From NCBI RefSeq assembly GCF_009914755.1, contig NC_060948.1: a stretch of 64,000 nt of DNA; one strand, given 5' to 3'. Position numbers and translations under genes: made by a program. Position 1 is the stretch's first letter. Every line of letters begins with the position of its first letter. The notes below the pieces were generated by a model. That model did no database searches. It had not been told where the DNA came from and saw only the letters and a list, made by a program, of their open reading frames with translations. Source of the stretch: the human T2T-CHM13v2.0 reference genome, Homo sapiens. Below are positions 14,236 to 28,441 of the stretch, piece by piece.

Positions 14236-17200
14236 CAGATAGAGTAGAATGTAATGGAATGGAGTGCAGTGCAATGGAATGGAATGGAATGGAATGCAAT
14301 GGAATGGAATGGAATGGAATGGAATGGAATGGAACGGAATGGAATGGAATGGGATGGAATGGTATGGAATGGATAGTAATGGACTGGAGTGAAATGGACT
14401 GGAAAGGAATGGACTCAAATTGAAAGGGCTCGAAAGGAATGCAGTCAAATGCAATGGTCTGGAATGGAATGAACACGAATGTATTGCAATCCAATAGAAT
14501 GGAATCGAATGGCATGGAATATAAAGAAATGGAATCGAAGAGAATGGAAACAAATGGAATGGAATTGAATGGAATGGAATTGAATAGAATGGGAACGAAT
14601 GGAATGAAATTGTATGCAGTAGAAGAGAATAGAATGGAATGCAAGCGAAAGGAAAGGAATGGATTGGAATGGAATGGAATTCATTGGAATGCAAGGGAAT
14701 GTAGTGTAATGGACAGGCCTGGAATAAAGTGGAATGCTACGGTCTCGAATGGAATAAAAATGTATGGAATGGAATGCAATGAAACGGAATCGAATGTCAT
14801 AGAATGTAATGGAATGCAAAAAAATGGAATCCAAAATCATTGACTGGAAAGGCTGGGTGTCGAAAGGAATTGACTCCAATGGAATGGAATCAAATGGAAT
14901 GGAAGTGAATAGAATCGAACTAAATCGAATGGAATGGAATTGATAGGAACGGAATGGAAAGGAATGCAATGATTTGGCATGGAATGGAATCGAATGGCAT
15001 CGAATGGAATGGAATGGAATGCAATGGAATGGAATGTATTAGAATGTAATGAACTTTAATGGAATGTACTCGAATGGATTCGACTGGAATGGAATGTTCT
15101 GGAAGTGAATGGACTCCAATGGAATGGATTCCAAAGGAATGGAATCGTACGGAATGGAATCTAATGGAATGGAATTAAATGGAAATGAATCAAATTGAAT
15201 AGCACGGAATTGAATTGAATGGAATGGAATGCAATGGAATCTAATGAAACGGAAAGGAAAGGAATGGAATGGAATGGAATGGGCTGGAATGGAAAGGAAT
15301 CGAAACGAATGGAATGGAATCGAACTGAAGAGACTGGAATGGAATGCACTGGAATGGAAGGGAGTGTAATGGAAGGTTCTCGAAAAAAATGGAATCGAAT
15401 GGAATGGAATTGAATGGAACGGAATAGAGTCGAATGGAATTGAATGGAATGGAATGGACTAGAGTGAAATGGAATCGAACCACAAGGAATGGACAGGAAT
15501 AGAATGGTCTCGAATTGAATGGAATCGTATGGAATGGCATCAAACGGAATGGAATGGACAGCCACGGAATGGAATGCACTCGAATGCAATGGAGTCGAAA
15601 CTAATGGACTGGAATAGAATGGACTCGACTGGTACGGACTCCAATGGAATGGAATCGAATGGAAGGGAATCGAACGGAATGGACTCGAAGGGAAAAGACT
15701 GCAATGGAAAGGTCTCGAATGGAATGGAAATTAATGGAATGGAATGGAATCGAATGAAAAGGAGTCAAAAGGAATGGAATCGAATGGCAAGAAATCGAAT
15801 GTAATGGAATCGCAAGGAATTGATGTGAACGGAACGGAATGGAATGGAATCCAAAGGAATGGAATAGAATGGAATGGAATCGAATGGAAAGGACTCGAAT
15901 GGAAATCACTCGAATAGAATGCAATTTAATAAAATAGGATCAAATGTAATGGAATGGAATGGAAAGGAATCGAAACGAAAGGAATGGAGACAGATGGAAT
16001 GGAATGGAACAGAGAGCAATGGTATAGAATGGAATGGAATCATCTGGAATGGAATTGAATGGAATGGAATAATATGAAATGGAATGGAATGGAATGGAAT
16101 GGAATGCCCTTGAATTAAATGGACTGGAATGGAATGGACTCGAACAGAGTGGAATGGAAAGTGTTGAGATAGAATGGAATGGACTCCTTTGGAATGGTGT
16201 AGTATGCAATGCAATCGACTGGCACGGAATCAAAAGGAATGTAATGGAATGGATTGGACTGGAATGCAATGGACTCGAATAGATTGCAAACGGAATGCAA
16301 AGGAATGGAATGGAATAGTATGGAATGGAATGGAAAGGAATGGAGTGGAATAGACTAGAGTGGAATGGAATGGACTGGAAAGCAATGGACTGGAATGGAA
16401 CTTTCTTGAATGGACTGGAATCAAACGGAATGGAATGCAATGCAATCAAATGGCATGGAATAAAATAGAATGAAAGAGAATCAAATGGAATTGAATCGAA
16501 TGGAATCGAATGGATTGGAAAGGAATAGAATGGAATGGAATGGAATTGACTCAAATGGAATGGACTAGAATGGAATGGATTCGAATGGAAGGCAAAGGAA
16601 TGGAATCTATTGGAATGGACTGTAATGGAATGGAATGGAAGGGATTGGAATGGACTCGAATGGAATGGACTGCAATAGAAAGGATTCGAATGGAATGAAA
16701 AAGAATTGAATGGAATAGAACAGAATGGAATCAAATCGAATGAAATGGAATGGAATAGAAAGGAATGGAATGAAATGGAATGGAAAGGATTCGAATGGAA
16801 TGCAATCGAATGGAATGGAATCGAACGGAATGGAATAAAATGGAAGAAAACAGGCAAGAAATGGAATCGAAAGGAATGGAGTGTTATGGAACGGACTCAA
16901 AAGGAATTGAATGTAATAGAATGGAGTGGAGTGGACTCGAATATAATGGACTGGAATGGAATGAAATCACATGGAATGGGAACGAATGGAATGGAATGGA
17001 AAGGAATGGAATCGAATGGAAAGGAATCGAATGGAAGGGAATGAAATTGAATCAACAGGAATGGAAGGGAATAGAATAGACGGTAATGGAATGGACTCGA
17101 ATAGAATGGACACGAATGCTCAAATTGAATGGACTCGAATGGAATGGAAACGAAAGGAATGTCATCGAATGGAATTGAATGGATTGGAATGAAATCGCAT

Positions 17201-17809
17201 AGAATGGAGTGGAATCAAATGGAATTGAATCGAAAGGAAAGGAAGTGAATGGACTGAAATGAAATGGAATGGAATTGAATGGAAAGTAATGCAATGGAAT
17301 AGAATGGAACGAAATTTCACGGAATGGAATCAAACTGAATGGAATCAAATCAATGGAATCAAATCAAATGGAATGGAAAGGAATTGAATGGAGTAGATTG
17401 GATTGGATGGGATTGGAATGAAATGTACTGGAAAGGACTCGAATTTCATGAAACGGAATGGAATGAATTGGAACGGAATGGACTCGAATGGAATGGAATG
17501 TCATGGAATGGCATCAAATGGAATGGCATCAAATGGAATGGAATCGAATGCAATGGAATGCTATGGAATGGAATGGAATGCATTGGAATGGAATGTCCTC
17601 TAATGGAATGGATTCGAGTGGAATGGAATCGAATATAATGGAGTCGAATGAAATGGAATTGAAAGGAATGGGATCGAATACAATGGAATATACTGGAATG
17701 TAATGTAATGAACTCGAATGTAATTGACTGGAATGGAATGTACATGAATGGAATGTAATCGAATGGAAAGTAATCCAATGGAATAGAATCTAATGCAATA
17801 AAATCGACT
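14236..17809 (+). repeat. DYZ1 unit 5 (3574 bp)
   Basis: Landmarks at 14236 and 17810. Confidence 0.92.
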
Positions 17810-20800
17810 CAGATAGAGTAGAATGTAATGGAATGGAGTGCAGTGCAATGCAATGGAATGGAATGGAATGCAATGGAATGGAATGGAATGGAATGGAATG
17901 GAATGGGATGGAATGGTATGGAATGGATAGTAGTGGACTGGAGTGAAATGGACTGGAAAGGAATGGACTCAAATTGAAAGGGCTCGAAAGGAATGGAGTC
18001 AAATGGAATGGTCTGGAATGGAATGAACACGAATGTAATGCAATCCAATAGAATGGAATCGAATGGCATGGAATATAAAGAAATGGAATCGAAGAGAATG
18101 GAAACAAATAGAATGGAATTGAATGGAATGGAATTGAATGGAATGGGAACGAATGGAGTGAAATTGTATGCAGTAGAAGGGAATAGAATGGAATGCAAGC
18201 GAAAGGAAAGGAATGGATTGGAATGGAATGGAATTCATTGGAATGGAAGGGAATGTAGTGTAATGGACAGGCCTGGAATAAAGTGGAATGCTACGGTCTC
18301 GAATGGAATAAAAATGTATGGAATGGAATGCAATGAAACGGAATCGAATGTCATAGAATGTAATGGAATGCAAAAAAATGGAATCCAAAATCATTGACTG
18401 GAAAGGCTGGGTGTCGAAAGGAATTGACTCCAATGGAATGGAATCGAATGGAGTAGAAGTGAATAGAATCGAACTAAATCGAATGGAATGGAATTGATAG
18501 GAACGGAATGGAAAGGAATGCAATGATTTGGCACGGAATGGAATCGAATGACATCGAATGGAATGGAATGGAATGCAATGGAATGGAACGTATTAGAATG
18601 TAATGAACTTTAATGGAATGTACTCGAATGGATTCGACTGGAATGGAATGTTATGGAAGTGAATGGACTCCAATGGAATGGATTCAAAAGGAATGGAATC
18701 GTACGGAATGGAATCTAATGGAATGGAATTAAATGGAAATGAATCAAATTGAATAGCACGGAATTGAATTGAATGGAATCGAATGCAATGGAATCTAATG
18801 AAACGGAAAGGAAAGGAATGGAATGGAATGGAATGGGCTGGAATGGAAAGGAATCGAAACGAATGGAATGGAATCGAACTGAAGAGACTGGAATGGAATG
18901 CACTGGAATGGAAGGGAGTGTAATGGAAGTTTCTCGAAAAAAATGGAATCGAATGGAATGGAATTGAATGGAACGGAATAGAGTCGAATGGAATTGAATG
19001 GAATGGAATGGACTAGAGTGAAATGGAATCGAACCACAAGGAATGGACAGGAATAGAATGGTCTCGAATTGAATGGAATCGTATGGAATGGCATCAAACG
19101 GAATGGAATGGACAGCCACGGAATGGAATGCACTCGAATGCAATGGAGTCGAAACTAATGGACTGGAATAGAATGGACTCGACTGGTACGGACTCCAATG
19201 GAATGGAATCGAATGGAAGGGAATCGAACGGAATGGACTCGAAGGGAAAAGACTGCAATGGAAAGGTCTCGAATGGAATGGAAATAAATGGAATGGAATG
19301 GAATCGAATGAAATGGAGTCAAAAGGAATGGAATCGAATGGCAAGAAATCGAATGTAATGGAATCGCAAGGAATTGATGTGAACGCAACGGAATGGAATG
19401 GAATCCAAAGGAATGGAATAAAATGGAATGGAATCGAATGGAAAGGACTCGAATGGAAATCACTCGAATAGAATGCAATTTAATAAAATAGGACCAAATG
19501 TAATGGAATGGAATGGAAAGGAATCGAAACGGAAGGAATGGAGACAGATGGAATGGAATGGAACAGAGAGCAATGGTATAGAATGGAATGGAATCATCTG
19601 GAATGGAATGGAATGGAATGGAATGAAATGCCCTTGAATTAAATGGACTGGAATGGAATGGACTCGAACAGAGTGGAATGGAAAGTGTTGAGATAGAATG
19701 GAATGGACTCTTTTGGAATGGTCTAGTATGCAATGCAATCGACTGGCAGGGAATCAAAAGGAATGTAATCGAATGGATTGGACTGGAATGCAATGGACTT
19801 GAATAGATTGCAAACGGGATGCAAAGTAATGGAATGGAATAGTATGGAATGGAATGGAAAGGAATGGAGTGGAATAGACTAGAGTGGAATGGAATGGACT
19901 GGAAAGAAATGGACTGGAATGGAACTTTCTTGAATGGACTGGAATCAAACGGAATGGAATGCAATGCAATCAAATGGCATGGAATAAAATAGAATGAAAG
20001 AGAATCAAATGGAATTGAATCGAATGGAATCGAATGGATTGGAAAGGAATAGAATGGAATGGAATGGAATTGACTCAAATGGAATGGACTAGAATGGAAT
20101 GGATTCGAATGGAAGGCAAAGGAATGGAATCTATTGGAATGGAATGTAATGGAATGGAATGGAAGGGATTGGAATGGACTCGAATGGAATGGACTGCAAT
20201 AGAAAGGATTCGAATGGAATGAAAAAGAATTGAATGGAATAAAACAGAATGGAATGAAATCGAATGAAATGGAATGGAATAGAAAGGAATGGAATGAAAT
20301 GGAATGGAAAGGATTCGAATGGAATGCAATCGAATGGAATGGAATCGAACGGAATGGAATAAAATGGAAGAAAACTGGCAAGAAATGGAATCGAAATGAA
20401 TGGAGTGTTATGGAACGGACTCAAAAGGAATTGAATGTAATAGAATGGAGTGGAGTGGACTCGAATATAATGGACTGGAATGGAATGAAATCACATGGAA
20501 TGGGAACGAATGGAATGGAATGGAAAGGAATGGAATCGAATGGAAAGGAATCGAATGGAAGGGAATGAAATTGAATCAACAGGAATGGAAGGGAATAGAA
20601 TAGACGGTAATGGAATGGACTCGAATAGAATGGACACGAATGCTCAAATTGAATGGACTCGAATGGAATGGAAACGAAAGGAATGTCATCGAATGGAATT
20701 GAATGGATTGGAATGAAATCGCATAGAATGGAGTGGAATCAAATGGAATTGAATCGAAAGGAAAGGAAGCGAATGGACTGAAATGAAATGGAATGGAATT

Positions 20801-21333
20801 GAATGGAAAGTAATGCAATGGAATAGAATGGAACGAAATTTCACGGAATGGAATCAAACTGAATGGAATCAAATCAATGGAATCAAATCAAATGGAATGG
20901 AAAGGAATTGAATGGAGTAGATTGGATTGGATGGGATTGGAATGAAATGTACTGGAAAGGACTCGAATTTCATGAAACGGAATGGAATGAATTGGAACGG
21001 AATGGACTCGAATGGAATGGAATGTCATGGAATGGCATCAAATGGAATGGCATCAAATGGAATGGAATCGAATGCAATGGAATGCTATGGAATGGAATGG
21101 AATGCATTGGAATGGAATGTCCCCTAATGGAATGGATTCGAGTGGAATGGAATCGAATATAATGGAGTCGAATGAAATGGAATTGAAAGGAATGGGATCG
21201 AATAGAATGGAATATACTGGAATGTAATGTAATGAACTCGAATGTAATTGACTGGAATGGAATGTACATGAATGGAATGTAATCGAATGGAAAGTAATCC
21301 AATGGAATAGAATCTAATGCAATAAAACCGACT
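17810..21333 (+). repeat. DYZ1 unit 6 (3524 bp), variant with 30-bp deletion
   Basis: Only 6 instead of 12 pentamers between CATCT and GCCCT (19600-19629). Confidence 0.92.
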
Positions 21334-24300
21334 CAGATAGAGTAGAATGTAATGGAATGGAGTGCAGTGCAATGGAAGGGAATGGAATTGAATGCAATGG
21401 AATGGAATGGAATGGAATGGAATGGAATGGAATGGAATGGAATGGAATGGGATGGAATGGTATGGAATGGATAGTAATGGACTGGAGTGAAATGGACTGG
21501 AAAGGAATGGACTCAAATTGAAAGGGCTCGAAAGGAATGGAGTCAAATGGAATGGTCTGGAATGGAATGAACACGAATGTAATGCAATCCAATAGAATGG
21601 AATCGAATGGCATGGAATATAAAGAAATGGAATCGAAGAGAATGGAAACAAATGGAATGGAATTGAATGGAATGGAATTGAATGGAATGGGAACGAATGG
21701 AGTGAAATTGTATGCAGTAGAAGGGAATAGAATGGAATGCAAGCGAAAGGAAAGGAATGGATTGGAATGGAATGGAATTCATTGGAATGGAAGGGAATGT
21801 AGTGTAATGGACAGGCCTGGAATAAAGTGGAATGCTACGGTCTCGAATGGAATAAAAATGTATGGAATGGAATGCAATGAAACAGAATCGAATGTCATAG
21901 AATGTAATGGAATGCAAAAAAATGGAATCCAAAATCATTGACTGGAAAGGCTGGGTGTCGAAAGGAATTGACTCCAATGGAATGGAATCGAATGGAATGG
22001 AAGTGAATAGAATCGAACTAAATCGAATGGAATGGAATTGATAGGAACGGAATGGAAAGGAATGCAATGATTTGGCATGGAATGGAATCGAATGGCATCG
22101 AATGGAATGGAATGGAATGCAATGGAATGGAATGTATTAGAATGTAATGAACTTTAATGGAATGTACTCGAATGGATTCGACTGGAATGGAATGTTCTGG
22201 AAGTGAATGGACTCCAATGGAATGGATTCCAAAGGAATGGAATCGTACGGAATGGAATCTAATGGAATGGAATTAAATGGAAATGAATCAAATTGAATAG
22301 CACGGAATTGAATTGAATGGAATGGAATGCAATGGAATCTAATGAAACGGAAAGGAAAGGAATGGAATGGAATGGAATGGACTGGAATGGAAAGGAATCG
22401 AAACGAATGGAATGGAATCGAACTGAAGAGACTGGAATGGAATGCACTGGAATGGAAGGGAGTGTAATGGAAGGTTCTCGAAAAAAATGGAATCGAATGG
22501 AATGGAATTGAATGGAACGGAATAGAGTCGAATGGAATTGAATGGAATGGAATGGACTAGAGTGAAATGGAATCGAACCACAAGGAATGGACATGAATAG
22601 AATGGTCTCGAATTGAATGGAATCGTATGGAATGGCATCAAACGGAATGGAATGGACAGCCACGGAATGGAATGCACTCGAATGCAATGGAGTCGAAACT
22701 AATGGACTGGAATAGAATGGACTCGACTGGTACGGACTCCAATGGAATGGAATCGAATGGAAGGGAATCGAACGGAATGGACTCGAAGGGAAATGACTGC
22801 AATGGAAAGGTCTCGAATGGAATGGAAATTAATGGAATGGAATGGAATCGAATGAAATGGAGTCAAAAGGAATGGAATCGAATGGCAAGAAATCGAATGT
22901 AATGGAATCACAAGGAATTGATGTGAACGGAACGGAATGGAATGGAATCCAAAGGAATGGAATAGAATGGAATGGAATCGAATGGAAAGGACTCGAATGG
23001 AAATCACTCGAATAGAATGCAATTTAATAAAATAGGATCAAATGTAATGGAATGGAATGGAAAGGAATCGAAACGAAAGGAATGGAGACAGATGGAATGG
23101 AATGGAACAGAGAGCAATGGTATAGAATGGAATGGAATCATCTGGAATGGAATTGAATGGAATGGAATAATATGAAATGGAATGGAATGGAATGGAATGG
23201 AATGCCCTTGAATTAAATGGACTGGAATGGAATGGACTCGAACAGAGTGGAATGGAAAGTGTTGAGATAGAATGGAATGGACTCCTTTGGAATGGTGTAG
23301 TATGCAATGCAATCGACTGGCACGGAATCAAAAGGAATGTAATGGAATGGATTGGACTGGAATGCAATGGACTCGAATAGATTGCAAACGGAATGCAAAG
23401 GAATGGAATGGAATAGTATGGAATGGAATGGAAAGGAATGGAGTGGAATAGACTAGAGTGGAATGGAATGGACTGGAAAGCAATGGACTGGAATGGAACT
23501 TTATTGAATGGACTGGAATCAAACGGAATGGAATGCAATGCAATCAAATGGCATGGAATAAAATAGAATGAAAGAGAATCAAATGGAATTGAATCGAATG
23601 GAATCGAATGGATTGGAAAGGAATAGAATGGAATGGAATGGAATTGACTCAAATGGAATGGACTAGAATGGAATGGATTCGAATGGAAGGCAAAGGAATG
23701 GAATCTATTGGAATGGACTGTAATGGAATGGAATGGAAGGGATTGGAATGGACTCGAATGGAATGGACTGCAATAGAAAGGATTCGAATGGAATGAAAAA
23801 GAATTGAATGGAATAGAACAGAATGGAATCAAATCGAATGAAATGGAATGGAATAGAAAGGAATGGAATGAAATGGAATGGAAAGGATTCGAATGGAATG
23901 CAATCGAATGGAATGGAATCGAACGGAATGGAATAAAATGGAAGAAAACAGGCAAGAAATGGAATCGAAAGGAATGGAGTGTTATGGAACGGACTCAAAA
24001 GGAATTGAATGTAATAGAATGGAGTGGAGTGGACTCGAATATAATGGACTGGAATGGAATGAAATCACATGGAATGGGAACGAATGGAATGGAATGGAAA
24101 GGAATGGAATCGAATGGAAAGGAATCGAATGGAAGGGAATGAAATTGAATCAACAGGAATGGAAGGGAATAGAATAGACGGTAATGGAATGGACTCGAAT
24201 AGAATGGACACGAATGCTCAAATTGAATGGACTCGAATGGAATGGAAACGAAAGGAATGTCATCGAATGGAATTGAATGGATTGGAATGAAATCGCATAG

Positions 24301-24907
24301 AATGGAGTGGAATCAAATGGAATTGAATCGAAAGGAAAGGAAGCGAATGGACTGAAATGAAATGGAATGGAATTGAATGGAAAGTAATGCAATGGAATAG
24401 AATGGAACGAAATTTCACGGAATGGAATCAAACTGAATGGAATCAAATCAATGGAATCAAATCAAATGGAATGGAAAGGAATTGAATGGAGTAGATTGGA
24501 TTGGATGGGATTGGAATGAAATGTACTGGAAAGGACTCGAATTTCATGAAACGGAATGGAATGAATTGGAACGGAATGGACTCGAATGGAATGGAATGTC
24601 ATGGAATGGCATCAAATGGAATGGCATCAAATGGAATGGAATCGAATGCAATGGAATGCTATGGAATGGAATGGAATGCATTGGAATGGAATGTCCTCTA
24701 ATGGAATGGATTCGAGTGGAATGGAATCGAATATAATGGAGTCGAATGAAATGGAATTGAAAGGAATGGGATCGAATACAATGGAATATACTGGAATGTA
24801 ATGTAATGAACTCGAATGTAATTGACTGGAATGGAATGTACATGAATGGAATGTAATCGAATGGAAAGTAATCCAATGGAATAGAATCTAATGCAATAAA
24901 ATCGACT
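21334..24907 (+). repeat. DYZ1 unit 7 (3574 bp)
   Basis: Landmarks at 21334 and 24908; 5' half resembles units 9/10, 3' half resembles unit 5. Confidence 0.92.
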
Positions 24908-27900
24908 CAGATAGAGTAGAATGTAATGGAATGGAGTGCAGTGCAATGCAATGGAATGGAATGGAATGCAATGGAATGGAATGGAATGGAATGGAATGGA
25001 ATGGAATGGAATGGGATGGAATGGTATGGAATGGATAGTAGTGGACTGGAGTGAAATGGACTGGAAAGGAATGGACTCAAATTGAAAGGGCTCGAAAGGA
25101 ATGGAGTCAAATGGAATGGTCTGGAATGGAATGAACACGAATGTAATGCAATCCAATAGAATGGAATCGAATGGCATGGAATATAAAGAAATGGAATCGA
25201 AGAGAATGGAAACAAATGGAATGGAATTGAATGGAATGGAATTGAATGGAATGGGAACGAATGGAGTGAAATTGTATGCAGTAGAAGGGAATAGAATGGA
25301 ATGCAAGCGAAAGGAAAGGAATGGATTGGAATGGAATGGAATTCATTGGACTGGAAGGGAATGTAGTGTAATGGACAGGCCTGGAATAAAGTGGAATGCT
25401 ACGGTCTCGAATGGAATAAAAATGTATGGAATGGAATGCAATGAAACGGAATCGAATGTCATAGAATGTAATGGAATGCAAAAAAATGGAATCCAAAATC
25501 ATTGACTGGAAAGGCTGGGTGTCGAAAGGAATTGACTCCAATGGAATGGAATCGAATGGAGTGGAAGTGAATAGAATCGAACTAAATCGAATGGAATGGA
25601 ATTGATAGGAACGGAATGGAAAGGAATGCAATGATTTGGCACGGAATGGAATCGAATGACATCGAATGGAATGGAATGGAATGCAATGGAATGGAACGTA
25701 TTAGAATGTAATGAACTTTAACGGAATGTACTCGAATGGATTCGACTGGAATGGAATGTTATGGAAGTGAATGGACTCCAATGGAATGGATTCAAAAGGA
25801 ATGGAATCGTACGGAATGGAATCTAATGGAATGGAATTAAATGGAAATGAATCAAATTGAATAGCACGGAATTGAATTGAATGGAATGGAATGCAATGGA
25901 ATCTAATGAAACGGAAAGGAAAGGAATGGAATGGAATGGAATGGGCTGGAATGGAAAGGAATCGAAACGAATGGAATGGAATCGAACTGAAGAGACTGGA
26001 ATGGAATGCACTGGAATGGAAGGGAGTGTAATGGAAGTTTCTCGAAAAAAATGGAATCGAATGGAATGGAATTGAATGGAACGGAATAGAGTCGAATGGA
26101 ATTGAATGGAATGGAATGGACTAGAGTGAAATGGAATCGAACCACAAGGAATGGACTGGAATAGAATGGTCTCGAATTGAATGGAATCGTATGGAATGGC
26201 ATCAAACGGAATGGAATGGACAGCCACGGAATGGAATGCACTCGAATGCAATGGAGTCGAAACTAATGGACTGGAATAGAATGGACTCGACTGGTACGGA
26301 CTCCAATGGAATGGAATCGAATGGAAGGGAATCGAACGGAATGGACTCGAAGGGAAAAGACTGCAATGGAAAGGTCTCGAATGGAATGGAAATAAATGGA
26401 ATGGAATGGAATCGAATGAAATGGAGTCAAAAGGAATGGAATCGAATGGCAAGAAATCGAATGTAATGGAATCGCAAGGAATTGATGTGAACGGAACGGA
26501 ATGGAATGGAATCCAAAGGAATGGAATAAAATGGAATGGAATCGAATGGAAAGGACTCGAATGGAAATCACTCGAATAGAATGCAATTTAATAAAATAGG
26601 ACCAAATGTAATGGAATGGAATGGAAAGGAATCGAAACGGAAGGAATGGAGACAGATGGAATGGAATGGAACAGAGAGCAATGGTATAGAATGGAATGGA
26701 ATCATCTGGAATGGAATGGAATGGAATGGAATGAAATGCCCTTGAATTAAATGGACTGGAATGGAATGGACTCGAACAGAGTGGAATGGAAAGTGTTGAG
26801 ATAGAATGGAATGGACTCTTTTGGAATGGTCTAGTATGCAATGCAATCGACTGGCAGGGAATCAAAAGGAATGTAATCGAATGGATTGGACTGGAATGCA
26901 ATGGACTGGAATAGATTACAAACGGGATGCAAAGGAATGGAATGGAATAGTATGGAATGGAATGGAAAGGAATGGAGTGGAATAGACTAGAGTGGAATGG
27001 AATGGACTGGAAAGAAATGGACTGGAATGGAACTTTCTTGAATGGACTGGAATCAAACGGAATGGAATGCAATGCAATCAAATGGCATGGAATAAAATAG
27101 AATGAAAGAGAATCAAATGGAATTGAATCGAATGGAATCGAATGGATTGGAAAGGAATAGAATGGAATGGAATGGAATTGACTCAAATGGAATGGACTAG
27201 AATGGAATGGATTCGAATGGAAGGCAAAGGAATGGAATCTATTGGAATGGAATGTAATGGAATGGAATGGAAGGGATTGGAATGGACTCGAATGGAATGG
27301 ACTGCAATAGAAAGGATTCGAATGGAATGAAAAAGAATTGAATGGAATAAAACAGAATGGAATGAAATCGAATGAAATGGAATGGAATAGAAAGGAATGG
27401 AATGAAATGGAATGGAAAGGATTCGAATGGAATGCAATCGAATGGAATGGAATCGAACGGAATGGAATAAAATGGAAGAAAACTGGCAAGAAATGGAATC
27501 GAAATGAATGGAGTGTTATGGAACGGACTCAAAAGGAATTGAATGTAATAGAATGGAGTGGAGTGGACTCGAATATAATGGACTGGAATGGAATGAAATC
27601 ACATGGAATGGGAACGAATGGAATGGAATGGAAAGGAATGGAATCGAATGGAAAGGAATCGAATGGAAGGGAATGAAATTGAATCAACAGGAATGGAAGG
27701 GAATAGAATAGACGGTAATGGAATGGACTCGAATAGAATGGACACGAATGCTCAAATTGAATGGACTCGAATGGAATGGAAACGAAAGGAATGTCATCGA
27801 ATGGAATTGAATGGATTGGAATGAAATCGCATAGAATGGAGTGGAATCAAATGGAATTGAATCGAAAGGCAAGGAAGCGAATGGACTGAAATGAAATGGA

Positions 27901-28441
27901 ATGGAATTGAATGGAAAGTAATGCAATGGAATAGAATGGAACGAAATTTCACGGAATGGAATCAAACTGAATGGAATCAAATCAATGGAATCAAATCAAA
28001 TGGAATGGAAAGGAATTGAATGGAGTAGATTGGATTGGATGGGATTGGAATGAAATGTACTGGAAAGGACTCGAATTTCATGAAACGGAATGGAATGAAT
28101 TGGAACGGAATGGACTCGAATGGAATGGAATGTCATGGAATGGCATCAAATGGAATGGCATCAAATGGAATGGAATCGAATGCAATGGAATGCTATGGAA
28201 TGGAATGGAATGCATTGGAATGGAATGTCCCCTAATGGAATGGATTCGAGTGGAATGGAATCGAATATAATGGAGTCGAATGAAATGGAATTGAAAGGAA
28301 TGGGATCGAATAGAATGGAATATACTGGAATGTAATGTAATGAACTCGAATGTAATTGACTGGAATGGAATGTACATGAATGGAATGTAATCGAATGGAA
28401 AGTAATCCAATGGAATAGAATCTAATGCAATAAAACCGACT
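24908..28441 (+). repeat. DYZ1 unit 8 (3534 bp), near-copy of unit 6
   Basis: Same 30-bp deletion (26708-26737) and same diagnostic substitutions as unit 6. Confidence 0.92.

Noticed and set aside
19155-27489. Longest ORFs (408 aa at 19155-20381 and 26263-27489) and the recurring 305-aa minus-strand ORF
   Set aside because: The extension is due to a stop-removing substitution (GGATCA to GGACCA) in duplicated units 6 and 8. The ORF is freely broken in units 9, 10 and 12, so there is no sign of coding constraint.
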